From IMG/VR virus record IMGVR_UViG_3300035183_001077: DNA of 64,000 nt. One strand, 5' to 3'. This DNA comes from an uncultured virus (IMG/VR IMGVR_UViG_3300035183_001077). Its lineage: Duplodnaviria > Heunggongvirae > Uroviricota > Caudoviricetes. The notes under the pieces were generated by a model that was not told the DNA's origin, made no database searches, and saw only the letters and a program-made list of their open reading frames with translations. A program made the translations under genes and the position numbers. Shown here in pieces: positions 45,701-54,141 of this stretch (positions within the stretch are counted from its first letter, which is position 1; every line of letters starts with the position of its first letter).

Positions 45701-48346
45701 TGTTAGCTTAACACCATGCTTTTTAGTCTCGTTCATGATGTAATTATATAAATCTGGGATTTTGTCAGGCTCTATATTAACCAAATATCTCTTACCAGTC
45801 TTTTCAGCTACAAGACCAAGCCATCCAGCCAGTAACAATGAAGGGTTACGACGGAACAAGGAAAGTGGATTTTCAATTATTTCTATTCTGCGTCCTTCTT
45901 CATCTACAGGCATTTGCTCGTCAGGAATAATAGCGGAAATAACACCTTTATCACCATATAAACCTGTAAGTTTATCACCAACCTGAGCTGGTCGTTCTGT
46001 TTTAATAAATACCTTTACGCCACCTTTATCGTCTTTAATAACTTTCAGAACTTCTCCAGAAGCATCTTCATCCCATGTCATAGAAACGTCAGAAGGCTTT
46101 AGTTTAAATTTTTTACCATGTATCCAGAAAATAGATTCTTCCGGATTAGACATCAATAAAACAATAGGATCACCTCTTTGTAATACCTGACCAGGTTTTA
46201 CAACACCAGTATCATCAAGCTTCTTTAATTGTTCTGCAGTATATTTTGTCGGGAAAATAGAAATAAATCTATTTTTATCTCTGATAATTGAAGAAGCATC
46301 ATAATGTTCAAAATTTAATAAATGTTGAGAAGTTAACTTTTTAGCTGCCGACTCGCTTATTACAAACGCATCTTCAGTTGTAAAACCACGGTAAGGTAGA
46401 TAGGCCGTTCTTAGATTAACACCTACAGCCAGTGTCCCATTTTTATCGGTAAAGTTAGAATAGGCCAGAAGATCTCCTTCTTTAACTTTATCGCCTTCTT
46501 TAACAGCTGGATATTGATAATAATAAGTTGCCCGATTGGATGGAAGATAATTAGCTAATTTATATTCCTTTGTTTCATTCCTGCCAGTTCGTATGATAAT
46601 GGATTTATCAGTAACTTTTTCAACTATCCCTTTTACATCGGACAGCAATACTTTACCATATCTTTTACCCATGTAGTCATACCAACCTTCCCTTTCATTA
46701 ATGGCATTCTGTACTAATGGAGCTTCTCTATGAACCAGTGGCACAGCCTGAGTAAGTGCTTTAGAACCCATAGCCAGACGATGGGCAAAACTGGCATTAA
46801 ATAACGGTAATAAAGCTACAGAAGGATGATGCATACGATAAAACGAAGGGAGAACATAATCAAGGTCTTTTTTATTAGCCAGACCAAGTTGTCTGTTTTT
46901 AATAGCCGGAACCATGTTTGATGGCCAATTTAAACTTTCAGGAAAACCTACAGTCTTATCAAGCAAGTCAATTGGCCTTACCCACTCATACCGTCCTGTT
47001 CTGTAGTTATAAAACAATCCATACATTTCTCTGCCAACTTTTATAACGCCAGACGTAGGTCTCATATCAACGCCGACATTCTTTTCAGGACTTCTAATTG
47101 GATCAATAAATCCAAGATAAGAAGCATGAATATTTCTGGCTTCCGCTGGAACAGCTTCTTCAGATTCAATACCGCCTCTACCCATAATGGAAATTCTTGT
47201 CGACAAATCATATAATTCAAATGGATTCACTTCATCAGGGTTTTGACCTAAACCACTGTTATAAAAGAAGTTCATAACATATTCTGTCATAAATCCAGAA
47301 GGTAAAACGTCTGAAACTGTTTTCCCTGGCGTAAAGCCAAGTTTTCTTAAATTGTATGCTATAGTCTGCGGTAACAGGTTGAAAGATTCAGCCAGCAAAT
47401 CTTCGGGGCCATATAATTGTTTAAATCCCAAATCATCTTTATCAATCGGCCTCCATCGCCGAGCATACATATTTCTTAGTTTCATAAACGTATCCAAGAC
47501 AACATTTTTATCCAACTTTTTTATAGGCGTTCCATAAATAGCTTTGGTAACTTCATGATCCAAGTCGGCTGACTTAATAATATGCTCTAAAACCTGATCT
47601 TGAGGAAGTTTGTCATAACCTGTCGGGGCAAAAGTTTTCCACTTTTCTATAAGTTTAGTCCACGACGCCGGGCCTGAAGTGTAGTTTTTATTAATTTCAT
47701 ATAATTCATCTCCCAGAGCATATCGTATTTGATCTTCGTTAAATCCCAACCATTTCAGCCAGGTATAACCTGATATCTGGCTTTGGCCAACTTTTACGAT
47801 AAACCTTCGTGTTCTGGGGTCAAAAATGTATTTATGAGAAAGTTCTGGTACGCCTGCATAGTTTACCATAGCTTCAGGCACTGAACCTCCAGAACCGAAA
47901 CGGAAATAAATACCTGGTTTCAAACGTAACTGAGAAGTAAGAGTATATTTGGTCCCATTTAAGACAAAAAACCCTTGTGGGAATGGATAAGGAATATGAG
48001 CGATTAATTTTTTTCTGTTGAAAATTACTTGATTATTTTCCAAATCGACAATCTTTACCCTTGCTCGTAATGGTATTGCAACACTTTTGTTATTAGCCAA
48101 AGCATCAAAAAGGGCATCGTCAGACGTATCAGGATCAGGACCAAATTCAGGTTCAGTAATATGAACCTGGTATTTATTAATAACAACAAAAGGCTGAGAA
48201 AATTTCGTATGGAAATGATTTAATACACTATTTTTAATTACTTGCCCAAGAACAGCAGTATCGTGTATGTCTCTAGCATCGGCAAAATTAAATGATCTAC
48301 GTAAGTAAGGAAGATATATTGTGGTCATACTTTTGCTCCGGTACAA
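42743..48346 (-). CDS. rpoB: RNA polymerase beta subunit fused to the N-terminal part of beta' (contains an intein)
   Basis: Beta motifs GFFVLNG, IDPIRSPE, MGSKALTQAVPL, EDAFVIS, GDKLTG.YGDKG; beta' motifs VPVVPPIFRP, DRAPLLHK and catalytic NADFDGD. Confidence 0.92.
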   Translation of the reverse strand: MYRSKSMTTIYLPYLRRSFNFADARDIHDTAVLGQVIKNSVLNHFHTKFSQPFVVINKYQVHITEPEFGPDPDTSDDALFDALANNKSVAIPLRARVKIVDLENNQVIFNRKKLIAHIPYPFPQGFFVLNGTKYTLTSQLRLKPGIYFRFGSGGSVPEAMVNYAGVPELSHKYIFDPRTRRFIVKVGQSQISGYTWLKWLGFNEDQIRYALGDELYEINKNYTSGPASWTKLIEKWKTFAPTGYDKLPQDQVLEHIIKSADLDHEVTKAIYGTPIKKLDKNVVLDTFMKLRNMYARRWRPIDKDDLGFKQLYGPEDLLAESFNLLPQTIAYNLRKLGFTPGKTVSDVLPSGFMTEYVMNFFYNSGLGQNPDEVNPFELYDLSTRISIMGRGGIESEEAVPAEARNIHASYLGFIDPIRSPEKNVGVDMRPTSGVIKVGREMYGLFYNYRTGRYEWVRPIDLLDKTVGFPESLNWPSNMVPAIKNRQLGLANKKDLDYVLPSFYRMHHPSVALLPLFNASFAHRLAMGSKALTQAVPLVHREAPLVQNAINEREGWYDYMGKRYGKVLLSDVKGIVEKVTDKSIIIRTGRNETKEYKLANYLPSNRATYYYQYPAVKEGDKVKEGDLLAYSNFTDKNGTLAVGVNLRTAYLPYRGFTTEDAFVISESAAKKLTSQHLLNFEHYDASSIIRDKNRFISIFPTKYTAEQLKKLDDTGVVKPGQVLQRGDPIVLLMSNPEESIFWIHGKKFKLKPSDVSMTWDEDASGEVLKVIKDDKGGVKVFIKTERPAQVGDKLTGLYGDKGVISAIIPDEQMPVDEEGRRIEIIENPLSLFRRNPSLLLAGWLGLVAEKTGKRYLVNIEPDKIPDLYNYIMNETKKHGVKLTATLTDPVTGQKLPNISLGNRYFLKLKFISEHALSGRSFGGYTIEDTPTKGGEYGCLPATEKVLTASGIKTVKYLHSADNYVEDALVAVNDSEIVLRRPSSKFSYLIPNKNFFVEIKTAQGRKVVVSKNHKMLLADRTIKLAEKIKKGDQLLVATIEPNFYQRSTILVLYLLFDLVMKKDCIFVKFNIQNYHLKQLLYSVLKPFVAPDEMRVDEKVYSVKLHFNPSWYFNSYFRSIITNIDDEITNAVSSSYFFASLLVAFCGKLTKSGCLSLEFKNCEKRILTILENAFNNRQYYCRLAQQCLVDKLIFDKQSTDSLLANCVRYLSQNLINDSGLGFSLYQLKNNIYGIFISKPVTVSSSFSVSDQDNLSDKEKNKITIHADEVVSVEVLPQDHPIYKSEYMYDFSIDPESNYITADWIVVSNSKRVGLLNTYGLLAHGAVNILRDIKLIRGQRNDVFWHNYIYGLPLPTLESPLVYKKFLAYLTGMGIKINDKRDYLSLSPLTDTDIDVLAHRRYIESEKALKITSQGKAEPLPGGLFDEKLTGGVDGTLWTAIKLPVPLPNPMVAPFIRKLFGWTETEFLDILSGRAGVDSNGNYVKPEKANLVSRYYSGPNGLKAFLENVSAKKLYDHQKELYFSASNPQEKSRYIENLIFLRTLIDNDIVLKDLLWTKVPVVPPIFRPVAPAMLSGQKKETLIIADANHLYIDLIRAIKNYENLRGELSDLSEEILTMYKGLEAAVGLTNPLSKSANNRNIRGLLYHVFNGSPKYSMMQYQLLATPVDIVGMSVIIPNPYLKLDEVALPENSLWEVYRPFILRKLIMKGISPKTAMEMIENKHESAKNALLEEMKFRPVIIDRAPLLHKFGMLAFWPKITKSNVMELNPLVLTGFNADFDGDKMNFHVPITEEARLEAVEKLLPSRGVINPRTMEAQHIPVKDFAGGIFLAANTKEDRTKPRKVYYDKKQLMKDLMEGKITLDQPVTLVVQ
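44432..45538 (-). mobile_element. Intein (369 aa) with degenerate LAGLIDADG-like region
   Basis: Begins CLPATEKV after KGGEYG; block B VSKNHKM; block F YMYDFSI; ends VVSN followed by S(+1)KRVG. Confidence 0.85.
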
Positions 48347-48385
48347 TATCTAATATATTGTAATAACTAAATCGAGAACTGGCAA

Positions 48386-49402
48386 TTAGATAGAATCGTC
48401 AACAGAAACAAGCGGCAACGCAGATGGAGTTCGCCTTAACTTGATAGCCTCTATGGCTCGGTCGACTGCTTTTTGTTTCTTTTTTCTTTCCTCTTTTTCA
48501 CGTTCTTCTTTACCTTCCTGCATACCTTTCAAAGCTCCGTAAGCACCCGCTACTAACAGAGTTCCTATTAAGACTTCTCGTATATATGGTACTGACAACA
48601 ACCACGCCCACCCAGATGTCAATGTATCCAGAACTGCCGTCTTTTCCATAGTAAAAAGATTTATAGCATTATCGTAACTACCATATTTGTGCTTTAATGT
48701 AGTACTCAGTTCCTCTCTTTCTTCTTCAAGTTCTTCCTTACTTATTCTCTTTTCCCTCTCCCACATGAATTTAGATAACAAATTATATACTAACCATCCC
48801 GAAACGAAAGTACCGGTCAATAGCAGCGTATATATTGGCCAGCCAGAAAGATTTTTAGACCACTCAAATATACTGCGGAGAACCTCAGCATTTTTCGGAT
48901 CCTTATATTTTGACAATTGTCTATAAACATCATTGTGTGGATTACGTTGTACTAACTGATCTATAAGACGTTCATTAATTCTACCATCTTGCGTAAAAAG
49001 AATATTTTGCAATTTCTCTAATGAATTTTTATCTATCCCTAAAGCTAGTTTCGTTATTATTCCAAGTTTTTCATACCACGGAGTTTCAGCACCAGGTAAA
49101 TTCTTTATTCCTAATTTGTCCAAATCTAACGTTATGGTACGGGGAGGTAGATTAGCGCCAGTAACGAAATTTTTTGCACTTTCCCAAAGATCTGACAACC
49201 AACCGCTTTCTTTGTATAAACCTTCATCAAATAATTCGTCAGTTTTTTTACGTAACTTACTAGATGACCTAATATAATTAATAATGGCCATCCCAGCTGA
49301 TAAAGCCAACGCCAGAAGTGCGGCATTAATCCAAAAAGGTGGCCTAAATGCCGTTTCGGTTAGCGATTCCCTGCTACTACTTTGTTGAGAAAATTTATTC
49401 AT
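48386..49402 (-). CDS. Membrane-associated hypothetical protein, probable virion protein
   Basis: Three hydrophobic helices, each followed by a charged tract. Confidence 0.65.
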   Translation of the reverse strand: MNKFSQQSSSRESLTETAFRPPFWINAALLALALSAGMAIINYIRSSSKLRKKTDELFDEGLYKESGWLSDLWESAKNFVTGANLPPRTITLDLDKLGIKNLPGAETPWYEKLGIITKLALGIDKNSLEKLQNILFTQDGRINERLIDQLVQRNPHNDVYRQLSKYKDPKNAEVLRSIFEWSKNLSGWPIYTLLLTGTFVSGWLVYNLLSKFMWEREKRISKEELEEEREELSTTLKHKYGSYDNAINLFTMEKTAVLDTLTSGWAWLLSVPYIREVLIGTLLVAGAYGALKGMQEGKEEREKEERKKKQKAVDRAIEAIKLRRTPSALPLVSVDDSI

Positions 49403-49748
49403 ATACGACTTCTTTATTATCTATTATGTAATAATATCTAGCTGCTATAATGGCTGCCTTCCAGGTGTTATCTACAAATTTTATATCCTTAAATAATATA
49501 CCTGTCCACCACCCTTCAGATATATCTGTAAGAAGTTTTTCAAAATTATCACGATCTTCATCTTTGCTTAAATCAAATAAAAAAATCTTATATTCATACC
49601 CTATTGAAGCAATAGCCAAATCAGATGATTTAATCAGAGCCGGTTCAACATTATTGTCTTTAGCCAATTCCTTCGGGATGGCTACCAGGCTATCGTTTAA
49701 TTTAATCAAAATATCATTATTCTTAGTTAATCTGAATTTTTCAGGCAT
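49395..49748 (-). CDS. Hypothetical protein
   Basis: 117-aa ORF in operon. Confidence 0.65.
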   Translation of the reverse strand: MPEKFRLTKNNDILIKLNDSLVAIPKELAKDNNVEPALIKSSDLAIASIGYEYKIFLFDLSKDEDRDNFEKLLTDISEGWWTGILFKDIKFVDNTWKAAIIAARYYYIIDNKEVVYE

Positions 49749-50210
49749 TTAACTTAAATCTTCTTCGTCTTCAAGTTTCTTTCTTGCTCTTCGATATTCA
49801 GACGCAGCTGCCCGTAAAGCCGCAATATCCGACTTATAATCTTCTTCATTAACTGAAGGTAATTTAGTTTGCATTGTTTTCGTAGTAAAGTGAGAAGACA
49901 AATAAGTCAAAGCAACTGGCAAACCAACAAATAAAATGAATAATAAAGATAATCCCGCTGCTAAAGGAGAACCAACAACACTCTTACCAAGAGTAAAAGT
50001 CTCCCCCAAAAGTGCCTCTTTTATTAAACCTTTATTTTCATTATTTAAAATAAGATTGGCTTGTTTCTCGATGTTGGATCTTACTATGGGATCTTTGTAA
50101 TCTTGTTTCAATAAAATACACAATACGTCAACAACGTCGTCGGAAACATGATCATTGAACATATCTAATGCGGCTTTTTCAGCCTTTTTAAAAAATTCTT
50201 TCAGTCTCAT
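49749..50210 (-). CDS. Membrane-associated hypothetical protein
   Basis: One hydrophobic helix; coupled to neighbours. Confidence 0.65.
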   Translation of the reverse strand: MRLKEFFKKAEKAALDMFNDHVSDDVVDVLCILLKQDYKDPIVRSNIEKQANLILNNENKGLIKEALLGETFTLGKSVVGSPLAAGLSLLFILFVGLPVALTYLSSHFTTKTMQTKLPSVNEEDYKSDIAALRAAASEYRRARKKLEDEEDLS

Positions 50211-50515
50211 TAGAATTCCTTATATAATTCCTCCGGAATTAAATCCTTTAATCCTATTTCTTCAGCCTGACTGGCAGCAATTTTCAAACATTTTCTCATA
50301 TTTTCCAAATTCCTTTCCATATCTAATCGTTCATCCGGTTCGGTATCATAACCACCATTGACTAGAACATATCTTAAATGGTTGTATCTATCATAAAATT
50401 GTCTCACAGTTGCAGACGTGTACTCTCCGGTATGTTTATCAACAATATGAATCGTTGCATGCTCAGGCCAGAAAACTAAGCCTTGAAATTCAAATTTAGG
50501 AATTTTTGTGGACAT
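50210..50515 (-). CDS. Hypothetical protein
   Basis: 101-aa ORF, coupled. Confidence 0.65.
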   Translation of the reverse strand: MSTKIPKFEFQGLVFWPEHATIHIVDKHTGEYTSATVRQFYDRYNHLRYVLVNGGYDTEPDERLDMERNLENMRKCLKIAASQAEEIGLKDLIPEELYKEF

Positions 50516-50915
50516 AATTTAATACCACCCTGACAACTTCCTTTACAAGTACAAGCAATAAGGGCTCGGCGATTCTTTCGATAAATACTTCCAGATAATC
50601 AGGTATGGGAAGATCTATCGGTACAATGTAATTATTATACACCAGTGTAAATACCTTCCCCGACAATTCAACAATCTCATCATTGGTTAAATCAGAAAAA
50701 CCAATTTTGAATTTAATAATATTATTTATAATTTCGATAGCAACCTTACTCAGCAACTCCAGAACAGTAATCTCACCAGCTTTAGCGCTAGCTACCAGTT
50801 TTTCTATGTTTTCAACAAACACAGTTATTTCAGATAATACTTTCTCAACATTGCTATCAGAAACATTATTTTTCTGTAATAATGCCCCAATTTCTTTTTG
50901 CAGTTGCACTAACAT
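50496..50915 (-). CDS. Hypothetical protein
   Basis: 139-aa ORF, AGGAGG RBS, PIDLPIPD motif. Confidence 0.65.
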   Translation of the reverse strand: MLVQLQKEIGALLQKNNVSDSNVEKVLSEITVFVENIEKLVASAKAGEITVLELLSKVAIEIINNIIKFKIGFSDLTNDEIVELSGKVFTLVYNNYIVPIDLPIPDYLEVFIERIAEPLLLVLVKEVVRVVLNYVHKNS

Positions 50916-50998
50916 TTTCCCGCCTCCTATTGATTAAATGCGTGATCGTAATTTATTATAATAAATTGAATAACTAATACTCATCGCAGGAAACAGGA

Positions 50999-51421
50999 AT
51001 GAGCGCACCATCATACATTGCACAGACACTAGAAAAAGTATCGGTTTTAAGAGACATTTACGATTTGTTTAAAAACTGGCTTGACAAATCAGACAGCGAG
51101 CTGAGTAAAATAGCCGAAGCCAGGCAATTTAATGAAATTGTACAAGAAAATGAAAAAGAAGTTACAACTGATTTGAATGATGTTTTTAATATATATTCGT
51201 TTGTCAAGTCAGCCAGGCAGAATAAGCCTTATCCCCTAGCAGATAAATTATCGGAGAAATTTAAATATTTCTTAAATATGAAACTGCAAGAATTGTCTCA
51301 ATCAACAAACAGATTTGAAAAAGATGCGTTTTCATTATATTCAAACGAAGCGTTAGATAAATTATTGCTTGTAGGATTTTTGATTGGATCTGGACTGTGG
51401 CAAAGTATTACAAGGAAATAA
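50999..51421 (+). CDS. Hypothetical protein
   Basis: 140-aa ORF. Confidence 0.65.
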   Translation: MSAPSYIAQTLEKVSVLRDIYDLFKNWLDKSDSELSKIAEARQFNEIVQENEKEVTTDLNDVFNIYSFVKSARQNKPYPLADKLSEKFKYFLNMKLQELSQSTNRFEKDAFSLYSNEALDKLLLVGFLIGSGLWQSITRK

Positions 51422-51424
51422 CTT

Positions 51425-52555
51425 ATGTCCAATCATAACTTAAGAGAAAAAAAGCGATTACAGGATTTTTTGTTAGAAAAATATAGTTCCAGGTCTGGTA
51501 AACCTATAGTTACATTAGTTAAAAAGGCTGAAACACCTTCTTTTGATCCGTTGCGGAGAGTAATGAGATTATATGTTTCCCTTTATGAAGAAGCGGAACG
51601 ATTAACCGGGCGCATTGAAAAACTGGAAAAAAGAGCCGATGATGTAGATTTTGCAAATTTATCAGAAATGCAACGTAGAACTATGAATTTGTTGGCTGCA
51701 GCAATTGCTGCACACAATACTACTGATAAAGATAATCTAGCTCAGTTAAAAGGAGAATACCAAAAACTGTTAGATAATCTACGAGACGAGCTGTCAAAAT
51801 ATTTAAATCTACCTAAAAATCATCGAGAGCTATATACAGCAATACATGATTTGGATTGGCACGTCAGAAACGTTGCATCAAAATTAGGTTCTGGCAATGA
51901 AGAAGAATTTAAAAAAGCTATAGAAGGATTAAAAACACATACACAATTGTTAGACAAATTGGTACAAAATCCCAGCTCTGCACAACAAACACTGGAAAAT
52001 TTTGTGAACTTACATTATGGTGGGCATGAGGAAACCCAACCTCTGATTGATAAACCCGTATGGTGGTATTATAAAGAATTAGCTTTCCCAGAACAACCCC
52101 AACAGCAATCAAAGGTTCACGAAATTTATCACAAACCAGTAATCAGTAATCTTCCTGAAGATGAAAAAGAAAAAATTTATAATGCTCGTCATCTCCTTGT
52201 AAAAAATCTGATACAAGGTAACTCTAATGAAGTTAAAGAACTACTGACAACCCCCAGAAGTACAGATATTAAATACCCTTACCCGGAAGGATTGCCGTGG
52301 CACGGGTGGGCACTTGGTATAGGAGCTGGACTGCTTGGGCTAATGGGATTGTTGGATCTGTTCCAAAGAAGAAAGAAAACGCCAGGATTGATTATGACCT
52401 TAGCAGCTCTGCTTGGATTAGCCGCTTGGGGATTACATTATAAACCAAAATCTTTATTTGGTTTTAATCTTGATCCAATGTGGCGGGCATTGCAAAAGAA
52501 TTATCCTAGTATATTTAATTTATTCGGTTCTTCAGATCAAAAAGCAACTCCTTAG
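51425..52555 (+). CDS. Coiled-coil protein with two C-terminal transmembrane helices
   Basis: 376-aa ORF. Confidence 0.7.
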   Translation: MSNHNLREKKRLQDFLLEKYSSRSGKPIVTLVKKAETPSFDPLRRVMRLYVSLYEEAERLTGRIEKLEKRADDVDFANLSEMQRRTMNLLAAAIAAHNTTDKDNLAQLKGEYQKLLDNLRDELSKYLNLPKNHRELYTAIHDLDWHVRNVASKLGSGNEEEFKKAIEGLKTHTQLLDKLVQNPSSAQQTLENFVNLHYGGHEETQPLIDKPVWWYYKELAFPEQPQQQSKVHEIYHKPVISNLPEDEKEKIYNARHLLVKNLIQGNSNEVKELLTTPRSTDIKYPYPEGLPWHGWALGIGAGLLGLMGLLDLFQRRKKTPGLIMTLAALLGLAAWGLHYKPKSLFGFNLDPMWRALQKNYPSIFNLFGSSDQKATP

Positions 52556-52561
52556 TCAGCC

Positions 52562-52753
52562 ATGCCATTCAAGAGTAAAGCTCAAATGCGCTGGATGTTT
52601 GCCGCCGAAGCCAGAGGAGAACTTCCCAAAGGTACAGCTAAACGCTGGGCACGTCATACTAAAAGCATCAAGAAATTGCCAGAACGAAAAGGTAAAAAGG
52701 AAAAGAAATCGTTTGATTTATTGTCTTTGCTGCCAGATATTTTTAATAAATAA
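52562..52753 (+). CDS. Small basic conserved phage protein
   Basis: MPFKSKAQ.RWMFA...AKRWA.HT...LPER pattern. Confidence 0.7.
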   Translation: MPFKSKAQMRWMFAAEARGELPKGTAKRWARHTKSIKKLPERKGKKEKKSFDLLSLLPDIFNK

Positions 52754-52764
52754 CTCACCATGTC

Positions 52765-53538
52765 ATGCTGGCAATTATTAAATTATCTGTTAATACTTCT
52801 GGCGGAACTAGAGTTTACTGGGATTTGATCAATGAGAACATTGTTACTAACGATCCTTTGAATTTTTCTCTATACGCTTCCCAGGATTTCAACAATTGGA
52901 ATTTAATTACAACTGTTACAAACACATTTTTCGCTACAGATCCAAATGAATATAAATTGGGTTCGTTTGATTTTTTATGGTATAAAGTTAAATTGACGTA
53001 TGGTACGAAATCTCTTGAAAGTGCTCCTGTTTCCATTCAACAAAGTTTTGGAAATTTTATTAAATTCAGACTCTGGAATGAGATAAGCAGGAAATACAGA
53101 TTATATGGGCAGCATATTGCTTTGAGGGGAGTTATTTACAGAAGGAAAAGATTTGGTAACCCATGTCCGTTAGACGCAGATCCATTAGCAAAAATGCCGC
53201 AGCGTGCGTTATGTCCCCAATGTTTTGGCACTGGCATAGATGGCGGCTACTTTGTTGGAGACCAGGTAGCTTATTTCTTTCATCAACCTGTGGATACATC
53301 AGAATTGATAACAGAAATAGGCAGAGTTTCCCCTCAGAAAATGCAAGGTTTATTATATTCCGACATACCATACGCCCCAAATGACCTTTTCAGAAATTTG
53401 GAAACTGGTGATATTTGGGAAATTGAATTCATTAAACAGTTTGGAATGGCATCAGCGTTGTTACCTGTAAACATTGTAGCCTGCAGTGAAAAACCACGAA
53501 ATCATATACTTTACAAGTTACCTGTTCCCAATATATAA
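52765..53538 (+). CDS. Putative head-tail connector/closure protein
   Basis: G.PC...CPQCFGTGIDGGY motif, familiar from large-phage neck genes. Confidence 0.55.
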   Translation: MLAIIKLSVNTSGGTRVYWDLINENIVTNDPLNFSLYASQDFNNWNLITTVTNTFFATDPNEYKLGSFDFLWYKVKLTYGTKSLESAPVSIQQSFGNFIKFRLWNEISRKYRLYGQHIALRGVIYRRKRFGNPCPLDADPLAKMPQRALCPQCFGTGIDGGYFVGDQVAYFFHQPVDTSELITEIGRVSPQKMQGLLYSDIPYAPNDLFRNLETGDIWEIEFIKQFGMASALLPVNIVACSEKPRNHILYKLPVPNI

Positions 53539-53544
53539 TAATGT

Positions 53545-54126
53545 ATGCCAGTATCAATCGAATTGCCTGATCAATTTACCCCACCACTGACAGATACCTC
53601 GCTATTACCGTTTTTTATATCTTTAATAAGAAAACACTTCTCTACAGATCCTTCAAACAGGTTTATACCAGCTTTACAGGATCTTGTTTACAATCCCGAC
53701 AGTCCTCATCAATCTTCTATTAATATAGAACCATATGCTGGAATTTATTATTTGATGGGAGGTTTACCAACAGTTTACCTGCAACAAAACAAACAAACAT
53801 TACCAGTTATTGGTCTAACAGATAAACTTGGACCACTGATAACCGACCTGGGGAATTACTGGCGTAGTAATATGTGGGAAGTAGTAATTCATGCGCTGTC
53901 TCCATTCAATGTGAGCACAGAACATATCTTATCAGAAATTTATTACTTATTACATTCAGCAATCAATAATTTTTATAGCCAATTAAATATTCATTTTTGG
54001 CAAATTCCTACAATAACACCATTAAAATTTGTTGGTAGACAAGAAAACGCAGCTGGATTATCATTTTTTGTAGGGCAACTGCAAGTAGTTACAGGCTTGA
54101 CAGATGCCTGGAAAATAATGTTATAA
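53545..54126 (+). CDS. Putative tail completion/terminator-like protein
   Basis: Position after the neck gene; LPTVYL and alpha/beta pattern. Confidence 0.4.
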   Translation: MPVSIELPDQFTPPLTDTSLLPFFISLIRKHFSTDPSNRFIPALQDLVYNPDSPHQSSINIEPYAGIYYLMGGLPTVYLQQNKQTLPVIGLTDKLGPLITDLGNYWRSNMWEVVIHALSPFNVSTEHILSEIYYLLHSAINNFYSQLNIHFWQIPTITPLKFVGRQENAAGLSFFVGQLQVVTGLTDAWKIML

Positions 54127-54141
54127 ATTTGGAGAAGCATT

